64,000 bases of DNA from Hemiscyllium ocellatum. Taxonomy: Eukaryota. The position numbers and the translations under genes are program-made. The notes under the pieces were generated by a model, which was given only the letters and a program-made list of their open reading frames with translations, did not search any database and was not told the origin of the DNA. The stretch is from the NCBI RefSeq assembly GCF_020745735.1, contig NC_083420.1:17856001-17920000 (forward strand), in the 5' to 3' direction. Below are positions 1 to 13,162 of this stretch, piece after piece (the stretch's first letter is position 1; each line of letters starts with the position of its first letter).

Positions 1-626
1 CAAGTGATTGACGACAGTGACAAAGACACTCTGGTGAATTATGTTTCAGCATTGCGAATCAAGCTAATGGTGAGGCCCACTCAATGTCCTCTCTCTCTCC
101 AAGAATTATTAACTTTACTGAAAAATGGGTCCTGCTTTCCCTTGTGCTCAGACCTAGCTCACCAGTTCCAGTTGGATGTTGTGGTTTGATCACTTGGCTC
201 CCAATTATCCTACCCAGTCCATCAACCTCGATGCTCATTCCCAGGGGTGAAGCCAGGATATTTTGTAGTAAGTGTAGGATATACACTGGTGTTCCATTTT
301 CAGGTAGACAAGACAAGCCACAGCAGAATTTGTCACTCACCGGTTATACTGTTCTTTTCCCTTCTTTTAAGTCTAATATTCCTTGAAGTAGTGAATGAAA
401 GTATGAAAACAAATTTAAAAATTTCAAAACCCTTCCCAAATATGTGTTGTTCATATTAAAGGTGATTACTGTGACAATGAGGAAAAATAAAATTGAAACA
501 TTATCTGCAAAAGCCTGCCTTCGACCCCAAATTATTTACTTCTCACATTATGTTTGGGAGATTAATCTTTTAATTTCTGGAGATTTCAAGGAGGTTTAGC
601 TTCAGTAATGCTTTTTAATGATGAGA

Positions 627-967
627 GGCCCTAGTGGTATTCTTACAAGACCATTAATCCAGAGACCCGGGTAAACAAATCTGGGGACCTGAGTTCAAAT
701 CCAGCTTGGCAGATGGTGGGATCTAATTTAATAAAAATCGGGATTTAAGAGTCTAATGATGCTCATGAACTATTGTTGGGAAAAACCCATCTGGTTCACT
801 AATGTCCTGTAGGGAAGGAAACTGCCATCCTTACCTGGTCTGGCCTACATGTGATTCCAGACCCATGGTCAACTCTTAACTGCCCTTCTGGGCATCTAGA
901 GATGGGCGAAAAGCGCTGGCCCAGCCAGCGATGCCCACATCCTGTGAATGAATAATAAGTTAAAAAA
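627..967 (+). mobile_element. tRNA-derived SINE (family B; tail shared with LINE-B)
   Basis: A-box-like CCTAGTGG, B-box-like GAGTTCAAATCC, body AAAAACCCATCTGGTTCACTAATGTCC, tail GCCCACATCCTGTGAATGAATAA also seen at LINE-B 3' ends; related copies at 6327, 15322 and 31165. Confidence 0.8.
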
Positions 968-1659
968 TGATTCTAAAGCGAGGAGTGAGTCTCATTCTGT
1001 TTGCCTGGAATCCACCTTGAGAAGTAATCACCATAAAAGTCAAATACCACTGACTGTTAACTGAGCAATTTCTTTGCAGCATTGCAGTAGAAAGATTTAT
1101 TGTAGATAGTTCGCTTAAACCCACACGGGAGTCCCTGGTTAGATACTGCAGCTGCTGACAGGATGACCTGACTCCGAGGGGCAGAAATAGAGATGGTTAC
1201 AGTAATATACTTTTAATAAGTAATTGCGTATCAGCTTACACAGAAGACCAATCTCACCATTCATCAGTGAAAGCGGGGATGTTAACAGCATGTGTCCCGC
1301 AGCTTAACCAGATGATGTTTCAGTTTTATTTTTCCTCAGTGTCACAGTAATCCACTTTAATATGAATGACACGTATTTGGGAAGGAGATTTGGTGGGTCA
1401 AGGTTAAAGTCTGTCTGAGTTACACCAGAGCAAATGGTCACTTCACTATTGTTAATATGCTTGTCTTTCAATAAGTAGGTTGTTCCTTGCTTTACAATTA
1501 GAAACTGCTTAATTAATTAATTGCCATGTCTTCAAATGATGGAAGTAAAACAAGCATGTCAGAAGGTGAGACAGAACTGCCTAAGGCAAAACTTATTCAA
1601 ATGAAAATAAGTGCACCTATATATGCTTTTAATCTTTCTCAGTGGATTTATTGACTGGA

Positions 1660-2797
1660 GTAGCAGCCCTTGACATCAAGGTCACAAGTCACCTAGTGTG
1701 TCATCAAGAAGAAACCACCCAAGGCAAATTGGAATCAATGGGAGTCAGATGGAAAGCTCTCTGCTGATTGGAGTCATACTGACAGATAGGGAGATATTTG
1801 TGATTGTCGGAGGTCAGTCATCTCAGCTCCAGGATATCTCTGCAGGAGTTCCTCAGCCCAACTACCTTCAGCTGCTTCACCAATGACCTTCCTTTCATCA
1901 TATGGTCAGAAGAGGTGGGGGGGGGGGGGGGGGGGAGGGAATACTTGCTAATGATTTCACCATTTCTGACATCTCAGGTAATGAAACAGATCACGTCCAA
2001 ATGCAGAAAGGCATGGACAGTATTCTGGTTGAGGCTGACAAGTGGCAAGTAATTATTATGCCACACAAATGCTAGGCAATGAATGTCTCCAACAAGAGAG
2101 AATCTAACTTTGTCCCTTAACATTCAATGGCATTACCATCACTGAATTCCCCACTGTCAACATCGGACGGGAGTGGTGATAGTACCATTCAGCAGGAACT
2201 AAACTGGACTTGCCTTTTAGTTACTGTGATGACAAGAGTAAGTCAGAGGCTCAGAAATTTGGCTAGGGAGGCTAGACAGTGAGCAACTCACCTCCTAACT
2301 CCACCATTCATAAGGCACAGGGTGATGATGAATGCAGTTCCACCAGCACTCAAGAGGCTCAACATGATCCAGGAAAAAGCAGTCCACTTATTAGCACCAC
2401 ATCCACCACCTTCAGCATTCATTCCACCACCAATGCCTGGTAACTGCAGTATGTCCTGTTTACAAACACACTGCGAAAACTCAACAAGTCTCCTTTGACA
2501 TCACCTTCCAAACTCCAACCTCTACCATCTAGAAGAGCAAGGACAACAGATACAAGGAAACTTCTCTTTAGAGGCAGACACAACATCCTGATTTGGGAAT
2601 GTATGACCATCCCCTCACTGCTAGTGGGTCAAAATCTTGGAGCTCCTTCACTATATTGTGGGGATATCTGCACCAGATGGATGGCTGTGGTACAAAATGA
2701 CAGCTCACCACTGCGTTCTCAGGGACAGTTATAGATAGGCAACAAATGCTGGCCTTGTCTGCACTGCCCTCATCCCATGAGAGAATGGTTTTAAAAA
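1660..2797 (+). mobile_element. LINE-B (CR1-superclade LINE), 5'-truncated degenerate RT/C-terminus
   Basis: ORF pieces QDISAGVPQP, TTFSCFTNDLPFII..EEVG (RT core next to the FADD motif) and PLPSRRARTTDT; homologous to 39297-43460 and 55465-56444. Confidence 0.8.
1917..1935 (+). repeat. poly-G run (G19) inside LINE-B RT
   Basis: 19 consecutive G where other LINE-B copies read GAAGTGGGGATG. Confidence 0.9.
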
Positions 2798-2964
2798 GTG
2801 TTGCTGAGTTATTCTCTATGGAAACTGATGGGCTCTGGAAAGGACATTAAATACCCCACCCATCACTCTTTCTTTGAAACAAGATTGTGCTGGTGTGATT
2901 TTTCATCTTGCCTTTCAAACTGATTCATGAGCAGGGATTGGGGTGAAGAGCATGATTTGTGTTC

Positions 2965-3190
2965 CACACTAGAGCAGATACATTACAGCAAGATCCCACA
3001 GATAACAGCAGCAGGAAGGACTCATGAAATCAGTTGGCTTATAATAGCAGACAATGTCGCTTCTTATCTGTGAGTAATATTAGAGGATCTTTAACTTATA
3101 AATGAATGAACAGATGGGTTTTGATTTAATATTTATTTCAAAGAACAGCATGCCTCACCATACAGTGTTTCCTTAGCATTGTAATGGGCT
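2965..3190 (-). mobile_element. Degenerate Deu-domain SINE (SacSINE1/AmnSINE-like)
   Basis: Reverse-strand similarity to the copy at 34975 (CAGCAAGATCCCACA ... GGATCTTTAAC ... CAGTGTTTCCTTAGCATTG). Confidence 0.5.
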
Positions 3191-3769
3191 TGAATACTCT
3201 CCCTTCAGACTGTTTGATGGAACAGACTGGAGAGTTTAGATGGTCTGCTGCTGTTTCTGTGTAGACTTCCTGTTGTGGAAGCATTGTCAATTCCTCCCAT
3301 TCACCTGCTAGCTTCTATCTCTCACATTTCGACTCTTTGTGCCCTAGTTTAAGCCCTGCAATTCCTTTGCTGATATCTCGTAACGTTTCGAACTGCTCTG
3401 TTTGGAGTGTGATGGTTTTTGGCAACACATGAATTGATGGCCTGATTTCCATGTCACGGTGACCAGAAGTGGCACACGATTTAGTGATCCCTTGCCATGG
3501 GGTAAATTGTGACGTACGAGAACTTAACGAGTTTAAAAATATGGGAGAGCTGAAGCTGGTTCAGCACATGGCCCACGAGTCCCTAATGACTCAACGAACT
3601 TGGTGCAGACAAATGAGGGTGAGAAAGCTACCAAGTTGACATCCCTCTCCTTCTGTAGCTTTGTAACCGCCTGTGACTTCAGGGTGCTTTGTACTCACAC
3701 AACTCGGGGCTGTTGAATTTCCCTATTCAGATCATGCCTTCACTTGTCTGCATTCTTAGCTGTAAAAGT

Positions 3770-3945
3770 TTCCTGCATAAAATTCTCAACCTCTGCTTTT
3801 TTAAAACCTATTTCTCTGGCCCCAACATTTAGTCACACCTATCTTAACACCTTCTTTTATCTGATGTCAGCTTTCTATCTGATAAACTCTCCAACAAAGC
3901 ACCTTGGCAAACTGATCTATATTTAAGTGCTATAGATATGTGTGA
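3770..3945 (+). mobile_element. L2-like LINE 3' end
   Basis: TTAAAACCTATTTCTCTG...AAAGCACCTTGG...GTGCTATAGATATG; tail resembles the Deu-SINE tail. Confidence 0.5.
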
Positions 3946-4433
3946 GTGGTTACATGCAATCAACTTTGCACGCGAGCACTCAGGATGCTCCATCAGCGGG
4001 AATTTCTGATATCTCCTCTAGGCAACTGTATAAGATCATGATGATGTCAGTTTGAAGTGATTGTAAAAGAATCAGCTGCAGGTTATTTTTCCGTCAGTTT
4101 TACAGTGAAAATAGTCAAGAGTGAAGATGCTGTAGGCCTCCATAAATTGTAGCCTCCATCAAGACAGATTGTGGTTTTATTCCTACTATTCCACAAACTG
4201 CAAAGAGTTAACCATCATTTTTAATTGATCGGGTGCCACCCAGACCCTGGGCAACTTGAATCACACTGGAACTAACTTCTGGAAGATGTGTGAACCCAAC
4301 CTACGGAAACGGCAGTAAGGAATGCTTTTCGTTGGGATTACCTCTCTTATTTTTCTCCTTGTGGAACAAGCCTCCATTCTTACTGCACCAGTTTTACAAG
4401 TTGGGAAGCCATGTCAGGGCGGAAAATTCCATT

Positions 4434-4588
4434 AGAAACAAAAACAGAAATTGCTGGGAAAATTGGACCGTTCTGAGGACAGGTCACTGGACCTGAAACA
4501 TTTAACTCAGTTTTTCTCTCCACAGACACTGCCAGACCTGCTGAGGTTTCTCCAGCAATTCCTGTTTTTGTTTCTGATTTCCAGCACC
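4434..4588 (+). mobile_element. PLE terminal stub with short fold-back and degenerate hammerhead motif
   Basis: AGAAACAAAAACAGAAATTGCTGG pairs with CCAGCAATTCCTGTTTTTGTTTCT; core CTGAGGA-CAGGTCACTGGACCT-GAAAC. Confidence 0.65.
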
Positions 4589-5081
4589 TTTTTGGGTTTT
4601 ATTTTGGAAGATTTCAACAGTTGGAAGACTGTTGTGAAATCATGGACCTACCTATTCCTTCCAAATTGATATTTTTATTGCAAAGAATGATCTGAAAAGA
4701 CTTTCTTCCTGTGACAAACCATAATACTATTTTCAGAAGAGGTTTACTCTGTGACAACAGTCTGGAATTGGCAGCTGATAGAGGCTGATAGTTAGTTAGC
4801 AGACCAGAGGTATACCTCTGGCTCCATCAAGGGAATGGAATGCTCTCCCCACAGGCCTGTTGTCGAAAACAATGATCCTCCTATTGCAATTGTCTCTTTG
4901 CTAAAATTAAAATTTGTTTGCTAATTGTAGTTTTAATAAGTTCCTGGTGAAGCACACTGGGACTTCTTAAGATTTCCTTTTTGTTAACTGCAAAACCAAG
5001 CTTGCATATGATTCCTTCTTGCATATCACTTTCCCCACAGCCTGGCTAGATTAGATTTTCAGGGTATGGGAAGTCGGTTGC

Positions 5082-5581
5082 TGTAGTGATTGTACCAAGG
5101 TCAGCCAGGTGGACCTCATAGAATGTGAGTTCCCTGAATGAGGCTGTTAACCTGGTCCAATCAGGGAGCCCTGGCTGACAGGTAGAAACAGGAGTGTCAG
5201 AGGTTCTGTTCCTTTGATGTCAAGGGCACTGCTTGTCACTGGCCACTTGGGTGTTTCTTTTCTTCCTGGTGGTGGAAACTGAATAAAGATTCGTGCATCT
5301 TGTGTCTTTCACTGTGCCTTGCGCAAAAAAAAAATAGGAGTGTCGGGGTTCTGTTGATTTGAGAGTTGTCTCTGAGGGAGCTGGATCAATGTCAAGTATT
5401 GTGCACATGTAGATAGGATACCGTCCTCTGTAGAGAAGAGAAAGAAGAAAAAGGAAAACAAAACAGGAGTGTCAGAGGTTCTGTTCCGTCTGAGAGCTGG
5501 CTGGATCAGTGTAAAGGACTCTCTGTCTGTAATTAAAGGGCGACCGGATGGCTGGATACCAGCCCCTGTGGAGTTATTTCA
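5082..5581 (+). mobile_element. Solo LTR (chimeric, internally reiterated) with 5-bp TSD
   Basis: Starts TG (5082), ends CA (5581); GTTGC on both sides (5077-5081, 5582-5586); CCAAT near 5157, AATAAA/ATTAAA signals; AGGAGTGTC..GGTTCTGTT occurs three times. Confidence 0.8.
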
Positions 5582-6326
5582 GTTGCTGGGCAAAGGAAAG
5601 GGGGTTGGTGGTGGTGGGGGGGTTGCATGTTCGATACAACACAAATCTCATTAATGTGAAGCAGCAACAGAATCCTATGAATAGAGGAAAGAAATGGTGC
5701 TGACCTACTTGAGTCCAGTCTGTTACATTAGTAACACAAGCTCAGCCAACCTGTGGAAACTCACTCATACCTTCCAATAAAAACAAAACTCAACATTCTT
5801 CCAGGCTGCACACTTTCTCTGATGTTCACTGATTCTATGTCCGACGATAAAATGAATGCTTTCCTGTTTGCAAAGGCTAGTCATGTGAATCATGTTATTT
5901 GCTTCAATTTCTGTCTTGCAGGGGAGAATGGGACCTCCTGAAAATATTAGCAGGTACACAGGGATCTCAAGGTTAAAGAGTACTACATTGTGGGCTGGCC
6001 TTGTGTAAACAGCAGCAGAAATAAAGTTTGCATAAGTCAACCGAAGGTATAATTTCACAATGTCTGAGACCAGCCCTCATTTGGGCACCCTTCGGGCTCC
6101 ACCTCATGACCTCTAATGGATAAATCTGGAGCATATAGTGTGCCAATCAACAGAGCTACTGTTTCTGCAGCAACTTCAGGTTTTCCTTCTGGTCCAAGAG
6201 CAGACAGCGACAATAAAAATCAACCCCTTGACTTCCAATGTTGTTATAAAAGCACCCCCAAAAGCTTCAGGAAAGTACAGCGAAATAAAGGATGTTGAGA
6301 GAAATTAGATGGGCTCACCTAGCGAA

Positions 6327-6925
6327 GAGGAGGTGGTCGTATTATCAATGGTCCGCACAGTGATTCAATGGCTAGCACTGTTGCCTCACAGCGCCAGGAA
6401 CCCAGGTTCCAGCCTTGGGTGACTGTGCAGAGTTTGCATGTTCTCCCTCTGTCTGCGTGGGTTTCCTCTGGGTGCTCTGGTTTCCACCCACAGCCCAAAG
6501 ATGTGCCGGTTAGGTGAATTGGCCATAATAAATTGCCCATAGTGTTAGCTGCATCATTCAGAGGGAAATGGGTCTGGGTGGCTACTCTTCAGAGGGTCAG
6601 TGTGGATTTGTTGGGCCAAAGGGCCTGTTTTCACACCGTAGGGAATCTCATCTATGATCCAGTAATCCAGAACCCCAAGTTAATGTTTTGAGGATATTGG
6701 TTCAAATCAAACCGTGGCAATGGGTGAAATTTGAATTTAAATAAAAATTGGCATTTTAAAAAAGGTATGCACTATTGTTTGTCATAAAAGCCCATTTGCT
6801 TCATTAATGCAGAAAGAAATCTATCCTTATCTGGTCCAGCTTTTATGTAACTCCAGACCTATAGCTATATGGTTGACTCTTGACAGCCCTCTGGGCAATT
6901 AAGGATGGACAAACTCTACCCATCA
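6327..6925 (+). mobile_element. SINE family B interrupted by HE1
   Basis: Head GGTCGTATTATCAATGG resumes after HE1 as CAGTAATCCAG...GGTTCAAATC...GCCCATTTGCTTCATTAATG...GGGCAATTAAGGATGG. Confidence 0.65.
6350..6655 (+). mobile_element. HE1 SINE (tRNA-derived V-SINE)
   Basis: GCACTGTTGCCTCACAGCGCCAGG head, V-domain GTCTGCGTGGGTTTCCTC, CR1-like tail GGGCCAAAGGGCCTGTTT. Confidence 0.9.
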
Positions 6926-7795
6926 GGATACGATGGGCTGTTCTTGGGAAGAGTTAACCTGTGAGATATAAGTGTGAAGTTCCCCTTGGCTAAACAGTAA
7001 TGCTATTTCCTCTTAAGTGTAACCTGAGGCCTTACTAGGGATCCTGATATAACTAAGATGTAATGTAACTGTTAAGTAATAAAGTAGTACTCCCACTCCG
7101 TTCAACAAGCCCGACTCTCTCTTCTGTCAAAGATTTTGTGTGGGCATCCCTTCCCACTTGGTACCAGTGACTTGGCATGATACCAAGAAGAGGGATTGGT
7201 GATTGGAGTGAATTTACCCAGAAGCATCTCAGATGGTATCAGTCAGCGTGACCACAGTATCTATTGGAATGGAAGAAGTTTCTAGATGGCTGAATGCACA
7301 GCAGCTCATGGTGGGCTGAAAGAAAGTGATGGCGGAGAGGCAAGAGGCTGGAGGCAAAGTGATGGTGATTACCGTGGAGATTTCAGTGTCATTGGAGGTG
7401 CTCAGCTGTGACGTGATTTAAACAGAGAATAAATGCTTTACATTTGAGGCGTTAGGGTCAGTGTACACCAGAATAAATGGTAATTGTGACTCCATGGGCG
7501 ATCAGGTTGGATCAAGCTTTATTAAACTGTAATTGAGACTTGTAAATATGAAGTCAACACAAGCTTTGAGCTTTTGCCCAATTTTCTTTTTAGCTGTGAA
7601 TGTTCTAAAATACTGTGTAAAATATTTATCTAATGTTGTAAATAAACCAGCCTACACTCTGTTTCTTTCCTCTGTATTCTCAGCACATTCCAAAGTGCCT
7701 CCTGACTAACACATTATTTCCTGTGAGCTGAAGCCTATGGAATTCCTTTAGGCTGGCCGGGCTTTTCCTCTCACCCAGGCTTCAGTGAGCATGGT

Positions 7796-7943
7796 GGTGC
7801 TAGCTAAACTGTCCATAGTGTTCAGGGGTAAATGTATAGTAATAGGGTAGGGGAATGGTTCTGGGTAGGACACTCTTTGGAGGGTCACTGTGGACTTGTT
7901 GGGCCGAATGGCTTGTTTCCACACTTTAGGGATTCTAATTCTA
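7796..7943 (+). mobile_element. HE1 SINE 3' part
   Basis: GTGGACTTGTTGGGCCGAATGGCTTGTTTCCACAC followed by an ATTCTA tail. Confidence 0.8.
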
Positions 7944-9949
7944 AAATATCCCACTGAACCCTTGCTCATCCATTGTGGACCACAAAAGAATCTAATGGGA
8001 TAAACTTATGCTGACTGGGGAAGAAAATCTCTCTGTTCTTTTCACAATTCTTGTAGATAGCTGCAGTGCCAATCTGCGATGCATACTGAAATGTGTGTCG
8101 TTTATTTTCGACCTTTCCTTCATGCGTTTGATTTGATGAACTGTCAATACTTTCGGGTGTGATACATAGGAAAGAATAAGTCATTGGCAGAGATTGATTT
8201 AAATTTAATTTGAGATTCATTTTTAAATCGATGGCTAATCTCATTGCCATGGACGTCAGCTGTGGCTCTGCTTGCAGCACTGCAGGCAGGAGTGCGGCAG
8301 GTTCAAGTCCCACTTGGTTATAGCGTTCAGCATTTTCACAAAGAGAGCTGTGCTCTGTGCCTTAGCTAAAATGAAGCCCAATTCTTGAACTCCCACCCCA
8401 AACCTGACACCCACCGTTTTCACTGGGATGGGGGACAGGGGAATGTTGTGTCTGAGCTGTGTGGGCTCACAGCTGACCGTTGTGTCTGGCAGTCACAGAA
8501 CATTGAGCTCCCATTTCAGAGGTTACTGCCACTCATGTACCTCACTTGTCCACACAGCTGCAGGGAAAATTAGGGGGAACACGGGCTGGAAGTGGGATGA
8601 GCAAGGGCAAGTTGTACTTTGCACATTTGTCTCTCATAGAGATACCTGCCACCCTGGTTAAAAGTGCAAACTTTCTTCAAACAGAGACAATTTCCATTAT
8701 AGGTCCTTTACCAGCATTGCTAAAAACCAAGAAGTTCTTAAAAGCACAAGATCTTTTTGAAAGCAGACCTGTAGACGTGCTGAGTTTAGGCCTTTTGGAA
8801 AGACAATTTTACATGCCTCAAATGTGAACAGACCATAGGAAGTGTACCCGAAAACCAGAAATATTCTTGGTTGATCCTGAGGTTTTTGGATAAAAGCTTC
8901 CTGACTTGTATTGGGATTTTCAGAACATGATTCATGGCTTTTGATTTTTGAAGAATAGATGTAAAGCTGCTGAATTCAATTGGAGAGATAAGGTACCTTC
9001 TTGAAGAGGCTCCTTTCAGAAAGGTAAGGTGCCTTTGAGATTGTGAAGAGTTAAACATCAATGTGTGTAAAACATGGAGTGAGCTTTGTGAACCTGCACA
9101 TTGTCAAGTCATTCAAATTCCCAAGCCCTTCAAATCTAAAAATAAATCCAACCTGCAGTTAAAACAAAACAATGCTTCTGTTTCACTGTTTGTTGACATA
9201 TGCCTGAGATTTGTCAATATATGATTAATGCTGCTGGACTGCTTTCAAAGCCAATCAGTATCACAGTGAGGTAACTGCCAGTTCAGAGTTTAATTCTGAG
9301 CTTCAAGGGGCTATAAAGAGATCAGTTGTCTTTGATATGCAATGAATACAAATATTTGATTTCATAAGGAACTAAATACTTGAAATATTCAATTGAATAA
9401 TGCATTAAGGGATTGAGGAGATTTTAATGTTAGCAGTGAGTATTTTTTAATAGTGAGTTCTTCAATAGAAACTTAGAATGTTATTTTACTTCACATGGTG
9501 CCTGAAGTCTACCCATGATGGAATTCCTAAGGGCATTGTTACTGTAACAGTTCTAGAGGGCAGCTCATCACCACCTTCTCAAGGGTGACTAGGGACTGGC
9601 ATTTGTGGGGAATGAACAGAGTTGAGGGCGTGTGAGCAATGGGGGTTAGAGGGTTGTATTTAATCTTAGTTCACTGTACTGGGACAAAGTCTCAGAACAT
9701 CAAGTGCACCTTTTAACTAGTCTACCACAGCACTTGACAACACTTGCAGTTGCCTCTGTACGTTTTATGGGGTCAGTGCTTGACTCTTGTGAGCAACTCA
9801 AGCTTCCAAGTCAAGTTTACAAATTTCCCCAACGCAGAAGTGAAAATCTGCCCCAAAATCTAGGACAGGTAGACAAACGTCATTTTTCAATTAAGGCCTG
9901 GTTTTCCTTCTTGGGTGAACTCAAAATATTGTTTAATGTTATTTCTAAG

Positions 9950-10150
9950 GAAACCAGGGAAGTCTCACCACTGTCAAATCAATATTCACCCCAAAGCTAA
10001 CATCACTAAATAATAGATTATCTGGTCATTATCTCAAATTAGCTACTGTATTTTTAATATTGGCATAATAACTATGTTTCAAAAATGGCTGGAAATTTCT
10101 TACAGCACCTTTGAGGTTATGAAAAGATGCTGTGAGCAAGTCTTTCTTTC
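9950..10150 (+). mobile_element. Deu-domain SINE 3' part
   Basis: AACATCACTAAA..AGATTATCTGGTCATTATC and tail GAGGTTATGAAAAGATGCT..GCAAGTCTTTCTTTC. Confidence 0.6.
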
Positions 10151-12513
10151 TGTTAAGTGGAATATATTTCAACTTAAAACATTTGGGCAAGTTCAGTCTT
10201 TCACGTCTGAGAACTAATGGCTTATATTAAAACCAGATAGTTATTGCTGCTTAAACCAACAATACATCTTTGCAATACTCATTCTGCCCTACCTCACTTA
10301 GTATTAAAGAACTATTTTTAGGCGGGAGATGTTGCAAGTAATTTGATGTTAGCATAATAGTATTTCAAGTATTGATTGCCTGAGCAATAATATGTTTGAA
10401 CACAAGGAGCATAATTAAGTTTTAACAATACAACCAATATATGTTTTGAATATTTATACCTCTAGGACACTAATGGGGCTCATTATTTATCAAAATGAAG
10501 AATGTTTATTTTATCGTTGGCTTAGCGTACCAACGCCAGCCCTTCATGAAGGAAGTTGTGCCTTGGCTTTGTTGTGGGTGATTGCTTCCGTCTGAAAGTG
10601 CTGGATAATGAGTCTCGGTCAATAAACTCTTCAGCTACTGCTTCCAGTAATGAACCACAAAAGAATTAAATAACGTTGCACCCGATAGAGGAGTCAGTAA
10701 TTCCTTCTGAGAACTTGTCTCATGGAGCATCACCCCCAAACACCAGGTTTCAATCCCTTCTCAAGCTGCCATCTTTCTAAGGAGTTGAGGAAGACATGCC
10801 CGAAAGGTGAGATTAATAAATTGCAGCTTTGGCATGTGGAAGTGTTTAGAGGCTGTGCTTTGATCTTTAATAGTCTGACTTTATTGATTACTTTGATGTT
10901 TAATGAAAGTGAGAAGATCATTTTCCTAACCATTTACAAAATATAATGTAGAAAGGTGATTTTTTTTGTGAAATGTTTTTCAAGCAGTTTAGAGTGAATC
11001 TGTAACATAGAAATTCAGTTTCCATGCTTCAATGTTGGCAGCGATTAGATGCCTATAAGGTCTTAGAATTAAAATTTTACTTAGACTTTAAATTTTACAC
11101 CATCTTGCTGGGTAAAGTTATGGTGGGTGCCATGTAAAAAGCATTGGGTAGCCACCAAAGACGTACTTGTCCACTCTGATCCACTGCCCCAATGAGGAGG
11201 TTGGGGGGTGGGGACATGAACGGGGGTGTGGAGGGAGGGCAGAGGTTCGTGGGTAAGATGCCCATTTGGCTGCCTGGACTTGAGGCCTCTTGAGGCTTTT
11301 AACTGTCTAATTAGGTGGTCTCATTCTACCTCCACTTACCCAGGGTCAATGAAGGTGGGACAGAGTGCAGAGAATGCTCCGAAAATGCTCCCTTGAAAAA
11401 GCAGTAGAGAAGGTACAGGGGATGGGGTGGTGGTGATGGGGAACAGAAGCTACACTAAGAGGTTGTATTAAGTGGGGGAGTATCCCTATGCACATTGGGG
11501 GCAACACCCCACCCTCAAAGTTATTGCCCTCTATCTTTGTTCCTTCCTGTTAACTCTCCAAAACCTGTCACCCCACCCCAACACTGCATCCAAACCTTTC
11601 CAACTCCAAAAGCATTACCTCACTCCAGTCCCTGTTTAGTGCACTTTATGGAGATGCTTGAAGTCCCACCAGTGTCCACTGCAGTGTTATGGTGTGATTG
11701 GGGCTGTTAGAGCAGCTCATTAATCAAATCTCGATCTCGAGGAGCTGTCTTCCTGAGAGGTAGATGTCTCACCTTAGCTTGGTTTGGTTGCCCTTCCTGT
11801 ACAAACGCTTTGGGGAGGACATTTTCGATGTTGGCCCATACAGGACTGACTTTACTTCTGGAACACACCCAGACCATAAAAGGTAAAACATGCTATCATC
11901 AGGCTATTGTTTATAATTTAGAAAATTGACCAGCCTGCAATAATTTGGCTGTTCTCTGGTGTTACTGTTAGAGCTTTGTTGATATTCCAGCTTCTGTTTG
12001 CAGTGATTCCACACTTAACAATGTAGTTGTGTTATTTGAAAGCGCGAATTTAAATCAAGCAATGTTCAGTGACTCAGCTTTTCTATTATAACTACTGTAA
12101 AATGTACAGCTGATGTTCAGTCCTGCGGGACCTTTCCCAAAAAAGGAGCAGACAACAGAGAAGAGATTGTATGGGAAGGACATAACATCTGTGGCTAACT
12201 CAGGATGTCAAATATCACATAAAACTGAAAGAAAATAAATTCTGCAAAGATTTGTGTAATTTAGAGGATTTGATAGGCTATAAAGAACTGGAAAGAATGA
12301 CTAAAAGATTAATAAGGCAGGATAAGTTAGAGTAAATGAGAAAGCTAACTAGAAATTCAAAACGGATAATAGATCTACAGATATTTAAAAAGGAAAGCAT
12401 AAATAATATTAGGGCTGGTCCTTTGGAGAGTTAGTCTGGGTCATTAATAATAGTAAATAAGAAAATGGCACAAATAAGTTGTTGAGATATTTTGTGTTTG
12501 TCTTCACTGTAGA

Positions 12514-12738
12514 AGAGCTGAAAATGTGTTGCTGGTTAAAGCGCAGCAGGTCAGGCAGCATCCAAGGAACAGGAAATTCGACGTTTTGGGCATAAGCCCT
12601 TCATCAGGAATCCTGATGAAGGGCTTATGCCCGAAACGTCGAATTTCCTGTTCCTTGGATGCTGCCTGACCTGCTGCGCTTTAACCAGCAACACATTTTC
12701 AGCTCTGATCTCCAGCCATCTGCAGACCTCACTTTTTA
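12514..12738. mobile_element. PLE terminal hairpin (96-bp arms) with 15-bp TSD
   Basis: Arms 12514-12609 and 12611-12706 are reverse complements with one mismatch; CTTCACTGTAGAAGA at 12502-12516 and 12739-12753. Confidence 0.9.
12613..12644 (+). ncRNA. Minimal type I hammerhead ribozyme motif (PLE-type)
   Basis: CTGATGA-A-GGGC(TTAT)GCCC-GAAAC-GTC: intact core, stem II, palindromic ACGT in place of stem III, GUC site; activity untested. Confidence 0.7.
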
Positions 12739-13009
12739 CTTCACTGTAGAAGATACAAGTAATATCTCATGAAAAGAATTAAATCTCCAGGTAAAGGATA
12801 CTAAGAAAATTATTAGAAATAAAATTGGACAAGGCCCCAGGTCTAGATGGACTTTATTGCAGAGTGTTAAAATAAATGGTTGCTGAGATAGTGGATGCAT
12901 CAGTTTTAATCTTCTTGGATTCTGGAAAGGTGCAACTGGTTTGGAAAATCGTGAAGGTGACTCCTCTATTCAAGAAAGGAGGGAGTCAGAAAATAGGACG
13001 TTACTGTCT

Positions 13010-13162
13010 AAGTACAAAAAAAAGTACAAGGAACATTACAGCACAGGAACAGGCCCTTCGACCCTCCAAGCCTGCGCCAATCCAGATCTTCTATCTAAAC
13101 CTGTCGCCTATTTTCTAAGGATCTGTATCCTCTGCTCTCTGCCCATTCATGTATCTGTCTAG
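13010..13162 (-). mobile_element. CR1 3' end fused to an HE1 body
   Basis: Minus strand ends GGGTCGAAGGGCCTGTTCCTGTGCTGTAATGTTCC. Confidence 0.75.

Noticed and set aside
6938-7145. Possible second solo LTR (TATAA and AATAAA present)
   Set aside because: Could not find TG...CA termini with a matching TSD
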